From positions 1 to 64,000 of the IMG/VR virus record IMGVR_UViG_3300028833_000061: a stretch of DNA of 64,000 bases; one strand, written 5' to 3'. This document shows positions 54,521-63,987 of the stretch, piece after piece (positions within the stretch are counted from its first letter, which is position 1; each line of letters begins with the position of its first letter). A program made the position numbers and the translations under genes. The notes below the pieces were generated by a model, which saw only the letters and a program-made list of their open reading frames with translations, made no database searches and had not been told where the DNA came from. The DNA comes from a virus (lineage: Duplodnaviria; Caudoviricetes).

Positions 54521-54922
54521 TCATTTGATCCCTAGTTCCTTCTTGTGCTTCTTGAACCAGTTTTCAGTATCGGTGAACATGTTCTCGTCGAAGAAGAACT
54601 TAAACCGTTCCCCACGATAAAAGCCTGTGACGTATATCATAGGCTCGAGGTCCTTGAACTCCCCAGTAGTATGCACATCCGTGATGCTTTCGCAATAGGA
54701 ATTCATCACGTCAGGCTTCTTGAGGTCAGACATTATTCCGACCAGGACGGCGTGATCCAGCCTCTTTGCCTTCGACTCGATCCTTGCCAGCTCCCTGAGC
54801 ACCCGTCTCGTATGGCACAGCATGCCATGCCTGAAGTTATTCAGCACGCGAATAAGCTGGTGCTCTGCGTCAACAACCGTCTTGATCGGAAACGTGTTCC
54901 ATTCGTTCGTGATCTTGCTCAC
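54521..54922 (-). CDS. Hypothetical protein
   Basis: GTG start coupled to ATPase stop. Confidence 0.55.
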   Translation of the reverse strand: MSKITNEWNTFPIKTVVDAEHQLIRVLNNFRHGMLCHTRRVLRELARIESKAKRLDHAVLVGIMSDLKKPDVMNSYCESITDVHTTGEFKDLEPMIYVTGFYRGERFKFFFDENMFTDTENWFKKHKKELGIK

Positions 54923-56247
54923 TAGAATCCCATCCTGGGCTTTTCTGTTGGTTTCTTGAATCCGTTCTCCTTGTCGATCCCATAGATGTCGGCAAGGGTC
55001 ATGTCGTTCTCGGCAACCTTGTCGGAGCCGAGCTCCTTGAGCAATGTGTTTGCCTTGTCCTTGTCCAGAGGCTTGAACTCGTACTTCAGCTTCAATCTCC
55101 CTTTTCGCGTCAACGCCGAGTCGATCTTGTCGAGCGGGCAGTTGAACGTGCACAGGAACTTGATATTGAAGCCGTCTCCAAGTATGCCGTCTGTCAGGTT
55201 CAGGATAGTCGACATAGCCTCGTTGTATTCAGTTCTGTCCCTGAGCACGTCCTCGCAGTCTTCGAGGACGAATGTAGCGTTCTTCTTCTTGGATAGCAGC
55301 TCGATGAACTCGGCGTTGGTCATAGCGCCGAACATCGACTTGTCAAGGAACACGAATCTGCGAGGAACCGTAAGCGAAAGATGCCTTATGTACGACGTCT
55401 TACCGGTTCCTGGCGTTCCGTGAAGCAGAACGATTCCAGATGTGTTCGACTGGAGATGCTCACGTATCTCCTCGTCTGGCAGATCGTCGTTGTACTGCTT
55501 CTTGATGTCGATGTTCTGCTCTCGAATAGGGAGATCCATGCTCGAGAATCCGCCTCGAATGGACACGATATACTCCATGCTGCGGGGCTTCGTGCGCTTG
55601 CAGAACTTGATGCACTTCAGGATCTTGGCTATCTCCGGGTCGCCGTGCTGCATCAGAATAAGCGCGCAATGGTTGGCGATCTTGATGAATATGCCACCCT
55701 TTGTTGCGGCAAGCAGACGATATCTCTGCGTGTAGTTGCGATCCGACAGAATGTGCGTTCCGGCCGGTTTCTCGACAGGGTTCCAGTCGTCCTCGTCAGG
55801 AGTGTCGTCCTCCTCCTGTGAACCTACGTCCTTGGCGGAAGAGTCGTCGACATTCGACCACAGTGCAGTCCAGATGTTGCCACCGAAAATCTCCACCAGG
55901 TTGTTGTATGTGTCGACTATGGAGATCGACTCTCCTAGGTCCAGACGCTCCTTGCCTATGGTTATGTATCTAGGAACGAGGTCCTCGGACAGGGTAAGAG
56001 TCCTCTGGATCGGAACCTTGTGATACAGTGCCGAGTAGATGGAGTACATGGCCGACGCATCTATATAGTCGCCGGAGAACGCATCGAACGCCTCCTTCTC
56101 GGACACACCGCCAAGCGAGCCTGAGCCTGTTGCTAAAAGCTCAACCTTCTTCTGCCAGTCCGATAGTTCATCATGCAGCTTCTTTCCCGATGCAGGAAAC
56201 CAGCCGTTAAACATCGACAGCTCGCCTTTTTTGATCAGCGTGTTCAT
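54922..56247 (-). CDS. AAA+ family ATPase
   Basis: Walker A GTPGTGKT, Walker B FVLEDCE, LNLTDG, TFN, RKGR arginine finger. Confidence 0.92.
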   Translation of the reverse strand: MNTLIKKGELSMFNGWFPASGKKLHDELSDWQKKVELLATGSGSLGGVSEKEAFDAFSGDYIDASAMYSIYSALYHKVPIQRTLTLSEDLVPRYITIGKERLDLGESISIVDTYNNLVEIFGGNIWTALWSNVDDSSAKDVGSQEEDDTPDEDDWNPVEKPAGTHILSDRNYTQRYRLLAATKGGIFIKIANHCALILMQHGDPEIAKILKCIKFCKRTKPRSMEYIVSIRGGFSSMDLPIREQNIDIKKQYNDDLPDEEIREHLQSNTSGIVLLHGTPGTGKTSYIRHLSLTVPRRFVFLDKSMFGAMTNAEFIELLSKKKNATFVLEDCEDVLRDRTEYNEAMSTILNLTDGILGDGFNIKFLCTFNCPLDKIDSALTRKGRLKLKYEFKPLDKDKANTLLKELGSDKVAENDMTLADIYGIDKENGFKKPTEKPRMGF

Positions 56248-56417
56248 CAGAGCTCCTTCACAGTGCACGAAAGGACGGGAATGTTGTCCTTCTCGAAACC
56301 ATACCAGTCTCTGGCGGTCTTCTCGGCATCCTCCTTGGACTTTGCCGAGCCTCCCCAGGTGGTCTTGCACTTGTGTCCGAATTCCATGAACTCGAACGTA
56401 ACTGCGTAGTGTTTCAT
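56247..56417 (-). CDS. Small hypothetical protein
   Basis: MKHYAV start after AACC leader. Confidence 0.5.
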   Translation of the reverse strand: MKHYAVTFEFMEFGHKCKTTWGGSAKSKEDAEKTARDWYGFEKDNIPVLSCTVKEL

Positions 56418-56439
56418 TGTTGGTTGGTTTTGGTTGAAA

Positions 56440-56514
56440 TGGAGCCGACGATAGGAGTTGAACCTACAACCCACGGTTTACAAAACCGTTGCTCTGCCAT
56501 TGAGCTACATCGGC
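56440..56514 (-). tRNA. tRNA-Thr(TGT)
   Basis: Cloverleaf with CCA. Confidence 0.94.
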
Positions 56515-56515
56515 T

Positions 56516-56590
56516 TGGTCGGAGTGGTGCGGTTCGAACGCACGACGTCTTGCTCCCAAAGCAAGCGCACTACCACTGTGCTACACTCCG
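56516..56590 (-). tRNA. tRNA-Pro(TGG)
   Basis: Cloverleaf, C1-G72, CCA. Confidence 0.93.
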
Positions 56591-56793
56591 TAAAGATTAA
56601 CCGGCTGTAGGTCTGCAGAACCTACTTCCCTCCGTGTACTTTGGAGTAAGGTGGCCGGCCACCTTTGCTCGCGCCGCCTTTCCACATTGGTGCTGCGCCC
56701 AAGTCGATGGGCCGCTCATTCCAAGAGGCGTACGGCGCTTGTTAAGTTCTCTCGCGTGGTTGTCTGGGCCCGAATATAGCATACCCATTATAA

Positions 56794-56970
56794 TTATACA
56801 AGCAGGGATTCCTTCACGAAGTGCCTGACGTTTGAAGTGCCGCTATCAATACACTGTTGCGTCATATCCTTCGCATATTTATCAGCTTTTTCCTTGTCCG
56901 TGAACACGCTTGCTCCTGTAACTGTGTTGTAGTACAGCTCGACCACAACCCAGACCTTCTTTGTTCCCAT
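56794..56970 (-). CDS. Small hypothetical protein
   Basis: MGTKKVWVV...VFTDKEKA. Confidence 0.5.
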   Translation of the reverse strand: MGTKKVWVVVELYYNTVTGASVFTDKEKADKYAKDMTQQCIDSGTSNVRHFVKESLLV

Positions 56971-57010
56971 CGCGATTGCCCTCTTCTCCGTGTCGAAACG
57001 CCGTCCCATC

Positions 57011-57604
57011 TCAGAACGGCAGGTCGTCGATAACTATGTCGCACTGGATCGCCTCCAATACCTTAAGGGCGTGTTCCTTCATCTCTGGCGAAGTATCGGC
57101 AGTGGCATCCTTGTGAATGATGATCTTGGTGTCAGGGAAATACGTTCTCAGGATCGCCGCGTTCGTCAGCACGCAGATCGACGTGCACACTCCGCACATG
57201 TGGATCCATGTGTCCTTTATATTCTCGTTTGCATACCTGGCCCACTCCATGATTTCAAGAGGCAGTCGGAGCGAACCGAACGTGAATTTCTCGATGTACG
57301 TAGGACCGAGAGGATCGTTCGAATCCGGCCCGTCGAACTTGTCGCTCCACAACGCAGCTCCGACCTCGCTGGCGTTCAAATGGCCTTCGGTGTCGGAGAT
57401 GCAGTGCTGGATAGGCAGCTTCTGCCCTTCGAGAGTGTTCGGATAGTTTTCGCGATGCGTGTCCAGGGTAACGAACACGTGGTGCCAGTCACGGCTCTCT
57501 ATCAGCTTAGCGACAGCCGGAACGATCTCTGCGCACTCCTTGTTTCCAAGCGAGCCGGTCAGGAAGTCGTTCTGCATGTCGACCACTATCAGAATGTCTT
57601 TCAT
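57011..57604 (-). CDS. Nicotinamidase/isochorismatase-family cysteine hydrolase (PncA-like)
   Basis: VVDMQNDF, DTH, HC, K.TFGS, GVCTSICV. Confidence 0.88.
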   Translation of the reverse strand: MKDILIVVDMQNDFLTGSLGNKECAEIVPAVAKLIESRDWHHVFVTLDTHRENYPNTLEGQKLPIQHCISDTEGHLNASEVGAALWSDKFDGPDSNDPLGPTYIEKFTFGSLRLPLEIMEWARYANENIKDTWIHMCGVCTSICVLTNAAILRTYFPDTKIIIHKDATADTSPEMKEHALKVLEAIQCDIVIDDLPF

Positions 57605-57706
57605 CCTTTGTTTTCCTGTGCTTGCCGAGTCTTCTTCTCGTACTCGACCTCGTTCTGTTCTCTGTAGTTCTTGTTGCGATCATACACGTATAGCCTGAAC
57701 GCCGAC

Positions 57707-58330
57707 CTACCCGTTCGCCTGTTCTGGCGCTTCAGGTTTTTGCACATCTTCCTTTTTCGCAGCTTCATCCTTGAGCTCCTGCAGTTGCTGTTGCGCCTCG
57801 CGCATCTGCTTCTTGTACTTTGCGTACTCGCTCTTCTTGTAGAACAGTTCCTTGTGGGCATGGGCCATTTCATTGTACGCGTCTGCGAGAAGCGCGTATC
57901 TCGAATAGTTGTGCAGCCTTCTGTTTTCTGGAGCCTGTGCGTTTATGAGATCCCTTTTAGCATCGGCAGCCCACTTCTCTGCGGTCGGCAGACTGCACGC
58001 CTTCAGAACGGACATGTTCTGATTCATAACCTTAATCGTAGCCTTCAGCTGGTCCTCCTCTCGTGGCTTTGGAATCTCTACGATCTGTCCGAGCGTCAAT
58101 CTGTTGCAGACGTCCTTTGCATACTCGAGTCGCTTCTCCTCCTCGACGTCGCGAAGTCCAGCCAGTTCTTCGGGCAAAGACATGTTCTTCACCTCCGGGC
58201 CACGAGCTCCACAGTGTTCGCAGTTGTAGTATACGCTGTCCCACCGTCTTACTCTATGAAACCTTAGATCAAGGGCGGTTTCGACCAACTTCATGTCGTG
58301 CCCGCAAAACTTACACTTCATCTGGTTCAT
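57707..58330 (-). CDS. Zn-ribbon plus coiled-coil protein (Lar-like N-terminus)
   Basis: CKFCG...CEHCGARGP. Confidence 0.6.
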   Translation of the reverse strand: MNQMKCKFCGHDMKLVETALDLRFHRVRRWDSVYYNCEHCGARGPEVKNMSLPEELAGLRDVEEEKRLEYAKDVCNRLTLGQIVEIPKPREEDQLKATIKVMNQNMSVLKACSLPTAEKWAADAKRDLINAQAPENRRLHNYSRYALLADAYNEMAHAHKELFYKKSEYAKYKKQMREAQQQLQELKDEAAKKEDVQKPEAPEQANG

Positions 58331-58808
58331 CCTCCCAGAGCCAGACTTCGAACATCTTCGGGCTTTTGCATTCCAGTATGAATGCCTCCCTTGCCGCGCT
58401 CGGCCCGAGATCCCTGAATCTGTCGAAGTTCTTTCTCTTCGGTTTGTGTTTGTTTTCCTCGACGTCCATGTAGCCCATCCTGTAGGCGTCTATGGCGTCG
58501 TAGATCTTCTGTTCGAAATGGCTCGGTATGCTCCCAAGCGACGCCAGGGAGTATTCCCACGCATACTTGCAGTAGGCCATCTTGTCCCTGTCGTCTATCA
58601 TGTCCGCGATCAGCTGTCCCCAATCGCGCATCGAGACTGCGTACACCTTCTTGTTGTCCAGCATCGGAACACCGTACTTCTGCTGGTGGAACACCCCGCC
58701 GTATGCGAGCTTGTTCTCTTTCAAATATTCGATGACAGCAAGCCTAGCTTCCTCGGAACGATCGACCTTGTGTCTCTCGTTCCAGGAGGTGAAACCGATT
58801 ACTTTCAT
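58311..58808 (-). CDS. Hypothetical protein
   Basis: HQ..YGVP...SMRDWG..A. Confidence 0.6.
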   Translation of the reverse strand: MKVIGFTSWNERHKVDRSEEARLAVIEYLKENKLAYGGVFHQQKYGVPMLDNKKVYAVSMRDWGQLIADMIDDRDKMAYCKYAWEYSLASLGSIPSHFEQKIYDAIDAYRMGYMDVEENKHKPKRKNFDRFRDLGPSAAREAFILECKSPKMFEVWLWEDEPDEV

Positions 58809-59239
58809 TTCTTCTTCTTTTTCTTTAGCTTGTTGTACAGGAGTTCCGTGTACGTCACGTTTTCCTTCTTCATGTGCTTGTGCCGTTTCTCGAGAGCCTT
58901 CCTGAGCTCGTCATTGGTAGGAACTGCAAGCCCGCTGTCTGTACTCGAGAAGTCGAACTCGAAATAATCGTCTTTCAGCGTGGCGCAGGCCATCATGTCT
59001 GCAACGCACTCGCACGTGTCGACGATGTCGTAAGTCCAAGCGCACGGGTCGTCACCCTCAAGGCGATAGAAACTCTCGAGCGCACCAGCCCAGTCGTAGA
59101 TCCAGTCACGGAATGTGTCGATGCCTGAAATGTCTTCCTTGTATGCAGCGTCATACACACGCTTTATAACTTCACGAGGAAGATCCTGCACAAGCTCGAT
59201 CACGATATCCACGAAGATCGCTGTGTATTCTTTTTCCAT
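58805..59239 (-). CDS. Hypothetical protein
   Basis: Coupled ORF. Confidence 0.55.
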   Translation of the reverse strand: MEKEYTAIFVDIVIELVQDLPREVIKRVYDAAYKEDISGIDTFRDWIYDWAGALESFYRLEGDDPCAWTYDIVDTCECVADMMACATLKDDYFEFDFSSTDSGLAVPTNDELRKALEKRHKHMKKENVTYTELLYNKLKKKKKK

Positions 59240-59245
59240 GGCTTG

Positions 59246-59277
59246 AAAATAAAGGCCGGGCGTTATATAGCCCGGCC
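59246..59277 (-). terminator. Rho-independent terminator
   Basis: GGCCGGGC/GCCCGGCC stem plus T-rich tail. Confidence 0.75.
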
Positions 59278-59301
59278 AGTGTTTTCGTCTGCTACAGAGG
59301 A

Positions 59302-59997
59302 CTACCAGTCCTCTTCGTCGGAATCCTCGTCGGAATCGTCGTCATCGTCGTCGGAGTCCTCCTCATCGGAGTCATCCTCCTCCTCTTCCTCCTCGTCGCA
59401 CCCGGTATCCTCGGAGCAGCGCTTCTCGCACGCTTCGGGATCGGTGTCGTAGGCGGTGGGGCAGATGGAGCGGATGGCGAGCGCCAGCTTGTCGGCGAGG
59501 CGGTCGAGAACGAGGTCGGGCGAGAGACGGCGGCTCTTCTTGTCGAGCTTGACGATCTCGTTGCCTTCCTCGTCGATGACACGGCCCTCGCTCACGATAT
59601 AGTAGTAGAGCTTGCCGTTGACGTCGTCGACGCGGTCGGGCTTGATGTCCGCCTCGATCAGCTGGACGATGGCGCCGAACCAGCGGAGCAGCGGCTTGCT
59701 GCCGTACTGCTTCTGGAACTTGGCGAGGGCCTTCTCGTCGGCCTTGCGCTCCTTCTCGGTGCGGCCGACGGTCATGTGGCCGTTGACCACCTTGGAGTGC
59801 TGGAGGCCGGTCGGGTTGGACATGAGGCCGTTGAGGCCGATGATATTGTCGTTCTGATCATAGACAGCGCAGACCTTCTTGTTCGCGACGAGGTCATACA
59901 GGTCGAGGAAGCCCTTCTCCTTGATAACGGGGGCGTTCTTCTTCTCTTCGATCTTCTTGAGGTTGTCCTTGAGCTTGGACGCGTCTTTCTTGTTCAT
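59302..59997 (-). CDS. Probably highly expressed protein with basic N-terminus and poly-D/E tail
   Basis: Extreme GC3 bias; about 30-residue acidic tail; own terminator. Confidence 0.75.
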   Translation of the reverse strand: MNKKDASKLKDNLKKIEEKKNAPVIKEKGFLDLYDLVANKKVCAVYDQNDNIIGLNGLMSNPTGLQHSKVVNGHMTVGRTEKERKADEKALAKFQKQYGSKPLLRWFGAIVQLIEADIKPDRVDDVNGKLYYYIVSEGRVIDEEGNEIVKLDKKSRRLSPDLVLDRLADKLALAIRSICPTAYDTDPEACEKRCSEDTGCDEEEEEEDDSDEEDSDDDDDDSDEDSDEEDW

Positions 59998-60066
59998 TGG
60001 CAGGTTTCCTGTCTTTGTTGTTTTTGTTTTCTGTATCACTCGAGTTTTACAAACGCCACTCATATC

Positions 60067-62388
60067 CTACATGTGGCAGAGGGCGCCATAATGGCCCTTC
60101 AAAGAGTCTTTCTTGATGAACTGCTTGGCATCTGCCCAGCGATTGAGGAAATCCATGATCTCCTTTCCGTCTGGCATGCTGTCAACGTCGGAATTGTACT
60201 TTCCGTGAATCTGGCGCACCTTCCACGAGGGATCGATGTCCATTGTTATGAACGGAACGTCTGGATTGTCTTTCTTCCGCAGGAACACGATATACTCCAC
60301 CCCCTGCATGACCGAATCCTTATAGGACGACACGCAGTGGTGCAGAGTATTAGACTCGACATCCAGTTCTTCAAGCTTCTTGGTGGCGACGATTATATAC
60401 TTGTCCGATTCCTCGCCTTCCCAATCAACCTTCTTGGCCTTCTTGTACGGTCCGTTCTCATAGGCCTGATTCATGACCTTCAGGCGCTCTGCGCGCCCCA
60501 TGTTCTCGAATTCGGTCTTCTTCCTGACCAGCCGGTCGTGAAGAGCGGCCACGCGCTCCTTCTGCGGGAACAGCTCGAAAGCCTCCTCGTCGAGCGCGTT
60601 GTTGGGAAGGTTTCCGACCTCCCGCCGCATTCTCAGATAATCCTTGTATGTGCCGAAGTCTTCTCCGTAGGCGGACAGCTTGCGAAGCAGGTTGAGCCCG
60701 CTTCCAGCGGCCTTCATGTTGTCCGGCAGCTCCCTCCAGACGTCTGCGAGGCTTCCGCCTCCGTTGCGTCCTTCGCGAGCGGCCGAAATGTTGACCACCC
60801 CCTTGAACGTCTCGTCGTCCAGCGACGCATAGTTCACGTCCTGGAACAGCGACAGCACGTCGTTCATCCTAATGGAGCAGCCATCGTTTCCGCGACTTTC
60901 CTTCTTGGTGTTCTTGTCGATAAGTTCCTCGATAAGTCTGATCTTCGCCATCGGGAGGTCGAACGCCTTTGTAAGCGATGTCCTGTCGGACAGGATGGTC
61001 CAGATGGCGTCGCCGAATCCGGCTGTCCTGCTGTACCATCCTCCGTTCGTATAGCGCTCCAGCATTCGCTTCTTGTTGGCGTCGATCGCGGCCTTGTCCA
61101 TCGTGGTGATCGAGCGATTTAGCAGGCATCCGGCGATATTGTTCAGATTGAGTGTAAGCGCCTGCTCGATGTAGTTTCCTCCGCTCTTGCTGATCGCGTT
61201 CAGGACGCACGGATCCATGCTGACGATAATCACGCCTGCGATCTCGGCCTCGCGTCGGTCGATCTGTGGAGGATTCGACTTGATGATCTTGGAAAGCTGG
61301 GAATCGCCGAGGTCCTCGTCCTTGCCGTTGAGCAGAACGCGATTTCCGTCGAGACGGGACATGACGAACGGCATCGGAGATCCGTCGCTGTTCAGAGCAT
61401 AGTGCTTGCCTGTCTTCGTGTTTACGGCATACGTGTCGTACTTGTGGATGGCATAGTGCCGCATGAGCGCGATGATCCAGTCGTCGTGCTTGCTCAGCAG
61501 GACGAACTGTGATGAAAGACGGCGGCGGATATACCGTGCCTTCTCGAACTCTGCCGCGGCTATCTCGCGGATGTCCTTGATCGTGTTCTCGGCGGATGCA
61601 GACCTAAGTCTTAGGGAGGATTCGAGCAGCTCGACAAGATGCACGTTCGTCTTGATCGTACAGCCCTTGTCTCCTCCGCTTTTCCTTGCAAATTCAACCA
61701 CATACGGATCGTTTGGCGGAAATATCTCCTTCACGATCTTGATGGTGGCGTCATCGAAATACGTGCTGCATCCGCGCCCAAGCGCATACAGGATGCCCTT
61801 CCTGATGTCTGGCGACTCGCTGAGGAACGATGGAACGTTGCACTTGCCCTTGCGGCGAAGCTTTTTGTCCTTGAACGCGTCTTCGACAGGATAGAATTTA
61901 TTCGTCGTTTCTCCGGGATTCCACACGCGAGTGACCACGTTCTCGTCCTTGTCGAGGAACAGTGGCACAAACGTGCGATCCTTGAATATCCTGACGCCTA
62001 TCATCATTTCATCACTATACGGGACATACACTTCCTCTGCTTTTCCGCGAATCTTCTCCTTCCTCAGAAGCTCTGCCGATCTACGGGTTCCGAGTACGAG
62101 ATGCGCCTTTCCAGGCCTGTACGCCTTGTACGCCGTGAACACGGAGCATCCGACAAGGGAATAGACGTCGAAATACGTCTTCCCGTCTCCCTTGACATAC
62201 AGCGCTCCGCACGACGGACGATACAGGCTTCCGGTAGCGGTGTCGATTATGGCGTCTTTGATGAACTCGTTGTATTCCTCCATGCTGCGGGAGAAGCGCT
62301 CACCGTTGTGCGCGCGTCCCGTAGTGGTGGATCGCATGACGAGTTTCTTCTTGCAGTATTCGATTACCTCTTCAGGCAGCTTCATCAA
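60067..62388 (-). CDS. PcfJ-domain protein
   Basis: EL..ES..LHHCVSSY...IVFLRK...PFITMDI...QIHGKYN. Confidence 0.85.
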   Translation of the reverse strand: MMKLPEEVIEYCKKKLVMRSTTTGRAHNGERFSRSMEEYNEFIKDAIIDTATGSLYRPSCGALYVKGDGKTYFDVYSLVGCSVFTAYKAYRPGKAHLVLGTRRSAELLRKEKIRGKAEEVYVPYSDEMMIGVRIFKDRTFVPLFLDKDENVVTRVWNPGETTNKFYPVEDAFKDKKLRRKGKCNVPSFLSESPDIRKGILYALGRGCSTYFDDATIKIVKEIFPPNDPYVVEFARKSGGDKGCTIKTNVHLVELLESSLRLRSASAENTIKDIREIAAAEFEKARYIRRRLSSQFVLLSKHDDWIIALMRHYAIHKYDTYAVNTKTGKHYALNSDGSPMPFVMSRLDGNRVLLNGKDEDLGDSQLSKIIKSNPPQIDRREAEIAGVIIVSMDPCVLNAISKSGGNYIEQALTLNLNNIAGCLLNRSITTMDKAAIDANKKRMLERYTNGGWYSRTAGFGDAIWTILSDRTSLTKAFDLPMAKIRLIEELIDKNTKKESRGNDGCSIRMNDVLSLFQDVNYASLDDETFKGVVNISAAREGRNGGGSLADVWRELPDNMKAAGSGLNLLRKLSAYGEDFGTYKDYLRMRREVGNLPNNALDEEAFELFPQKERVAALHDRLVRKKTEFENMGRAERLKVMNQAYENGPYKKAKKVDWEGEESDKYIIVATKKLEELDVESNTLHHCVSSYKDSVMQGVEYIVFLRKKDNPDVPFITMDIDPSWKVRQIHGKYNSDVDSMPDGKEIMDFLNRWADAKQFIKKDSLKGHYGALCHM

Positions 62389-62411
62389 TCAGCTCCAATT
62401 GCCTTTTTGGT

Positions 62412-63116
62412 TTATTCCTTTTCTTGTTCTTCGATCTTCTCGGTCTTGTCGATCTTGTCGTTGAAATACGACCGAGTGTCGCCGGACAGGACGACGTTTC
62501 CGTCCTTGTCCAGCTCCAAGCCTTTCTTGATCTTTTCCAGCCAATGTGCTGTCGGATACTTGCAGTACATCGCCAGATCATAGAACGGAACGCAATATGC
62601 GTGGTCTTCCGTGTACTTTATTCTGTGTTCCCTGATGATACCTTCAAGGTAGTGGTTCTTGTTCCGTCCGGCATACATGGCCGCAGCGTTGAGGTGCCCG
62701 ACTACGAGCGTCCAGTAGTGCATGTAGCCTCCCCAGACCTCGTCGGCAAGAACAGAAGCCTGGGCCAGGTGAGCCCAGGCAAGGTACTCCATGTTCGTGC
62801 TCATGGCGACAAGCCGCTCTCCCATGAAATCTACCGGCTCGAGCTCACAGCTTGTGTCGTTGGCCATTCGCTCGACGACGTCAAGATATTTCTCGTACGG
62901 TATGTCGCACGGGCCTTCAAGCATGTAGCGCATATATGCAGACACCTGAAGGTTGCAGGACAGCGTTTCGCTCTTCTCGACTATCTCGTCGGCGGCCTCC
63001 AGCAGGTTTCCGTAGATGTCGAACGAATAATCATCGAACGGACCTCTGCTGTAGCTCTCAAGAACAAGAGCCGTCGACAGGTGCTTTATCGTGCACTGTG
63101 CACAGTGTTGTCTCAT
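62412..63116 (-). CDS. Hypothetical protein with duplicated C..KHL/AHL..A...GNL/GHL..AA motif
   Basis: CAQCTIKHLSTA...GNLLEAA; AHLAQA...GHLNAAA. Confidence 0.65.
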   Translation of the reverse strand: MRQHCAQCTIKHLSTALVLESYSRGPFDDYSFDIYGNLLEAADEIVEKSETLSCNLQVSAYMRYMLEGPCDIPYEKYLDVVERMANDTSCELEPVDFMGERLVAMSTNMEYLAWAHLAQASVLADEVWGGYMHYWTLVVGHLNAAAMYAGRNKNHYLEGIIREHRIKYTEDHAYCVPFYDLAMYCKYPTAHWLEKIKKGLELDKDGNVVLSGDTRSYFNDKIDKTEKIEEQEKE

Positions 63117-63275
63117 CCTTTTTCCTTTCAAACAGGTCGCATGCGGGTGCGTCCAGCTCGGTTACGTTCTTGTTCCCGAAAGGACCCAGCTGCTTCCTGC
63201 ACAGACCAGTGCCAGCGAAGTAGTCATGGTCGTAGCAGTACTTGCAATCCTTGCATAGGACCGGCTTTTTATCTT

Positions 63276-63758
63276 TCACAGATTGCCCTTCACTTTCTTA
63301 GTGTCGAGTCCCCATACAGAACATGCAAAGTCAATCTTCGCGTCGTCAGGCTCCCCGGCGACGCCTGGCTTCACGCCGTCCTTCTCGGACCACGTGGTAG
63401 CTCCAGCGTACTTTCCGAAGTTCACGATATCTGCGCTTCCGATGTAGCAGCCAATATACTGTCCGGCATACGAGAACTTGATCAGACCTCCTGCAGGAAG
63501 GCTGTCTCCGGCTATACACGCGCCTTCGAGATCCATCCTGTCCTTGCTGCAATAGCGAACGATGCACGCCTGCTCGTCGACGCGAGTAGGCTTGCCGTTC
63601 TTCGCAGTCTTGAAGTGGTTGAGAGCTGCGTCGGAATTGAATACGACGCACTCCTTGCCGGCCTTCTTGACGGTCTTAAGGTTCTTGGCCTTCCACTGCT
63701 GCCAGCTGTCGGACGGCACCTTGATGCAGTTGCATACGTCAAACGCTTCCTTTGGCAT
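63276..63758 (-). CDS. Hypothetical protein
   Basis: 160-aa ORF. Confidence 0.6.
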   Translation of the reverse strand: MPKEAFDVCNCIKVPSDSWQQWKAKNLKTVKKAGKECVVFNSDAALNHFKTAKNGKPTRVDEQACIVRYCSKDRMDLEGACIAGDSLPAGGLIKFSYAGQYIGCYIGSADIVNFGKYAGATTWSEKDGVKPGVAGEPDDAKIDFACSVWGLDTKKVKGNL

Positions 63759-63987
63759 CTCCGAGTTTCCTTATTTCTTCTTCGAGCTCTTCGGCCTTCG
63801 ACAGGTATCCGCCGTCTCGCAACTTCTTGACCCTTCCGGCAAGGAACTTCGCGCGCCTGAGGTTGTTTACCCTCTTGCTGTACGCGTGTTTCCTGGCCTT
63901 CCGCGTCCTTCGTGCGTCTAGCGCTCCCTGTTCTCTAAGCTCCATGAACCTTGTCGCTGTATCGACCAACCCGAATATCTTCTCCAT
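63739..63987 (-). CDS. Basic hypothetical protein
   Basis: GGAGG RBS. Confidence 0.55.
   Translation of the reverse strand: MEKIFGLVDTATRFMELREQGALDARRTRKARKHAYSKRVNNLRRAKFLAGRVKKLRDGGYLSKAEELEEEIRKLGDAKGSV

Noticed and set aside
59776-63830. Long + strand ORFs (448, 314 and 468 aa) and similar antisense ORFs elsewhere
   Set aside because: Antisense shadows of GC3-biased minus-strand genes; no recognisable motifs.
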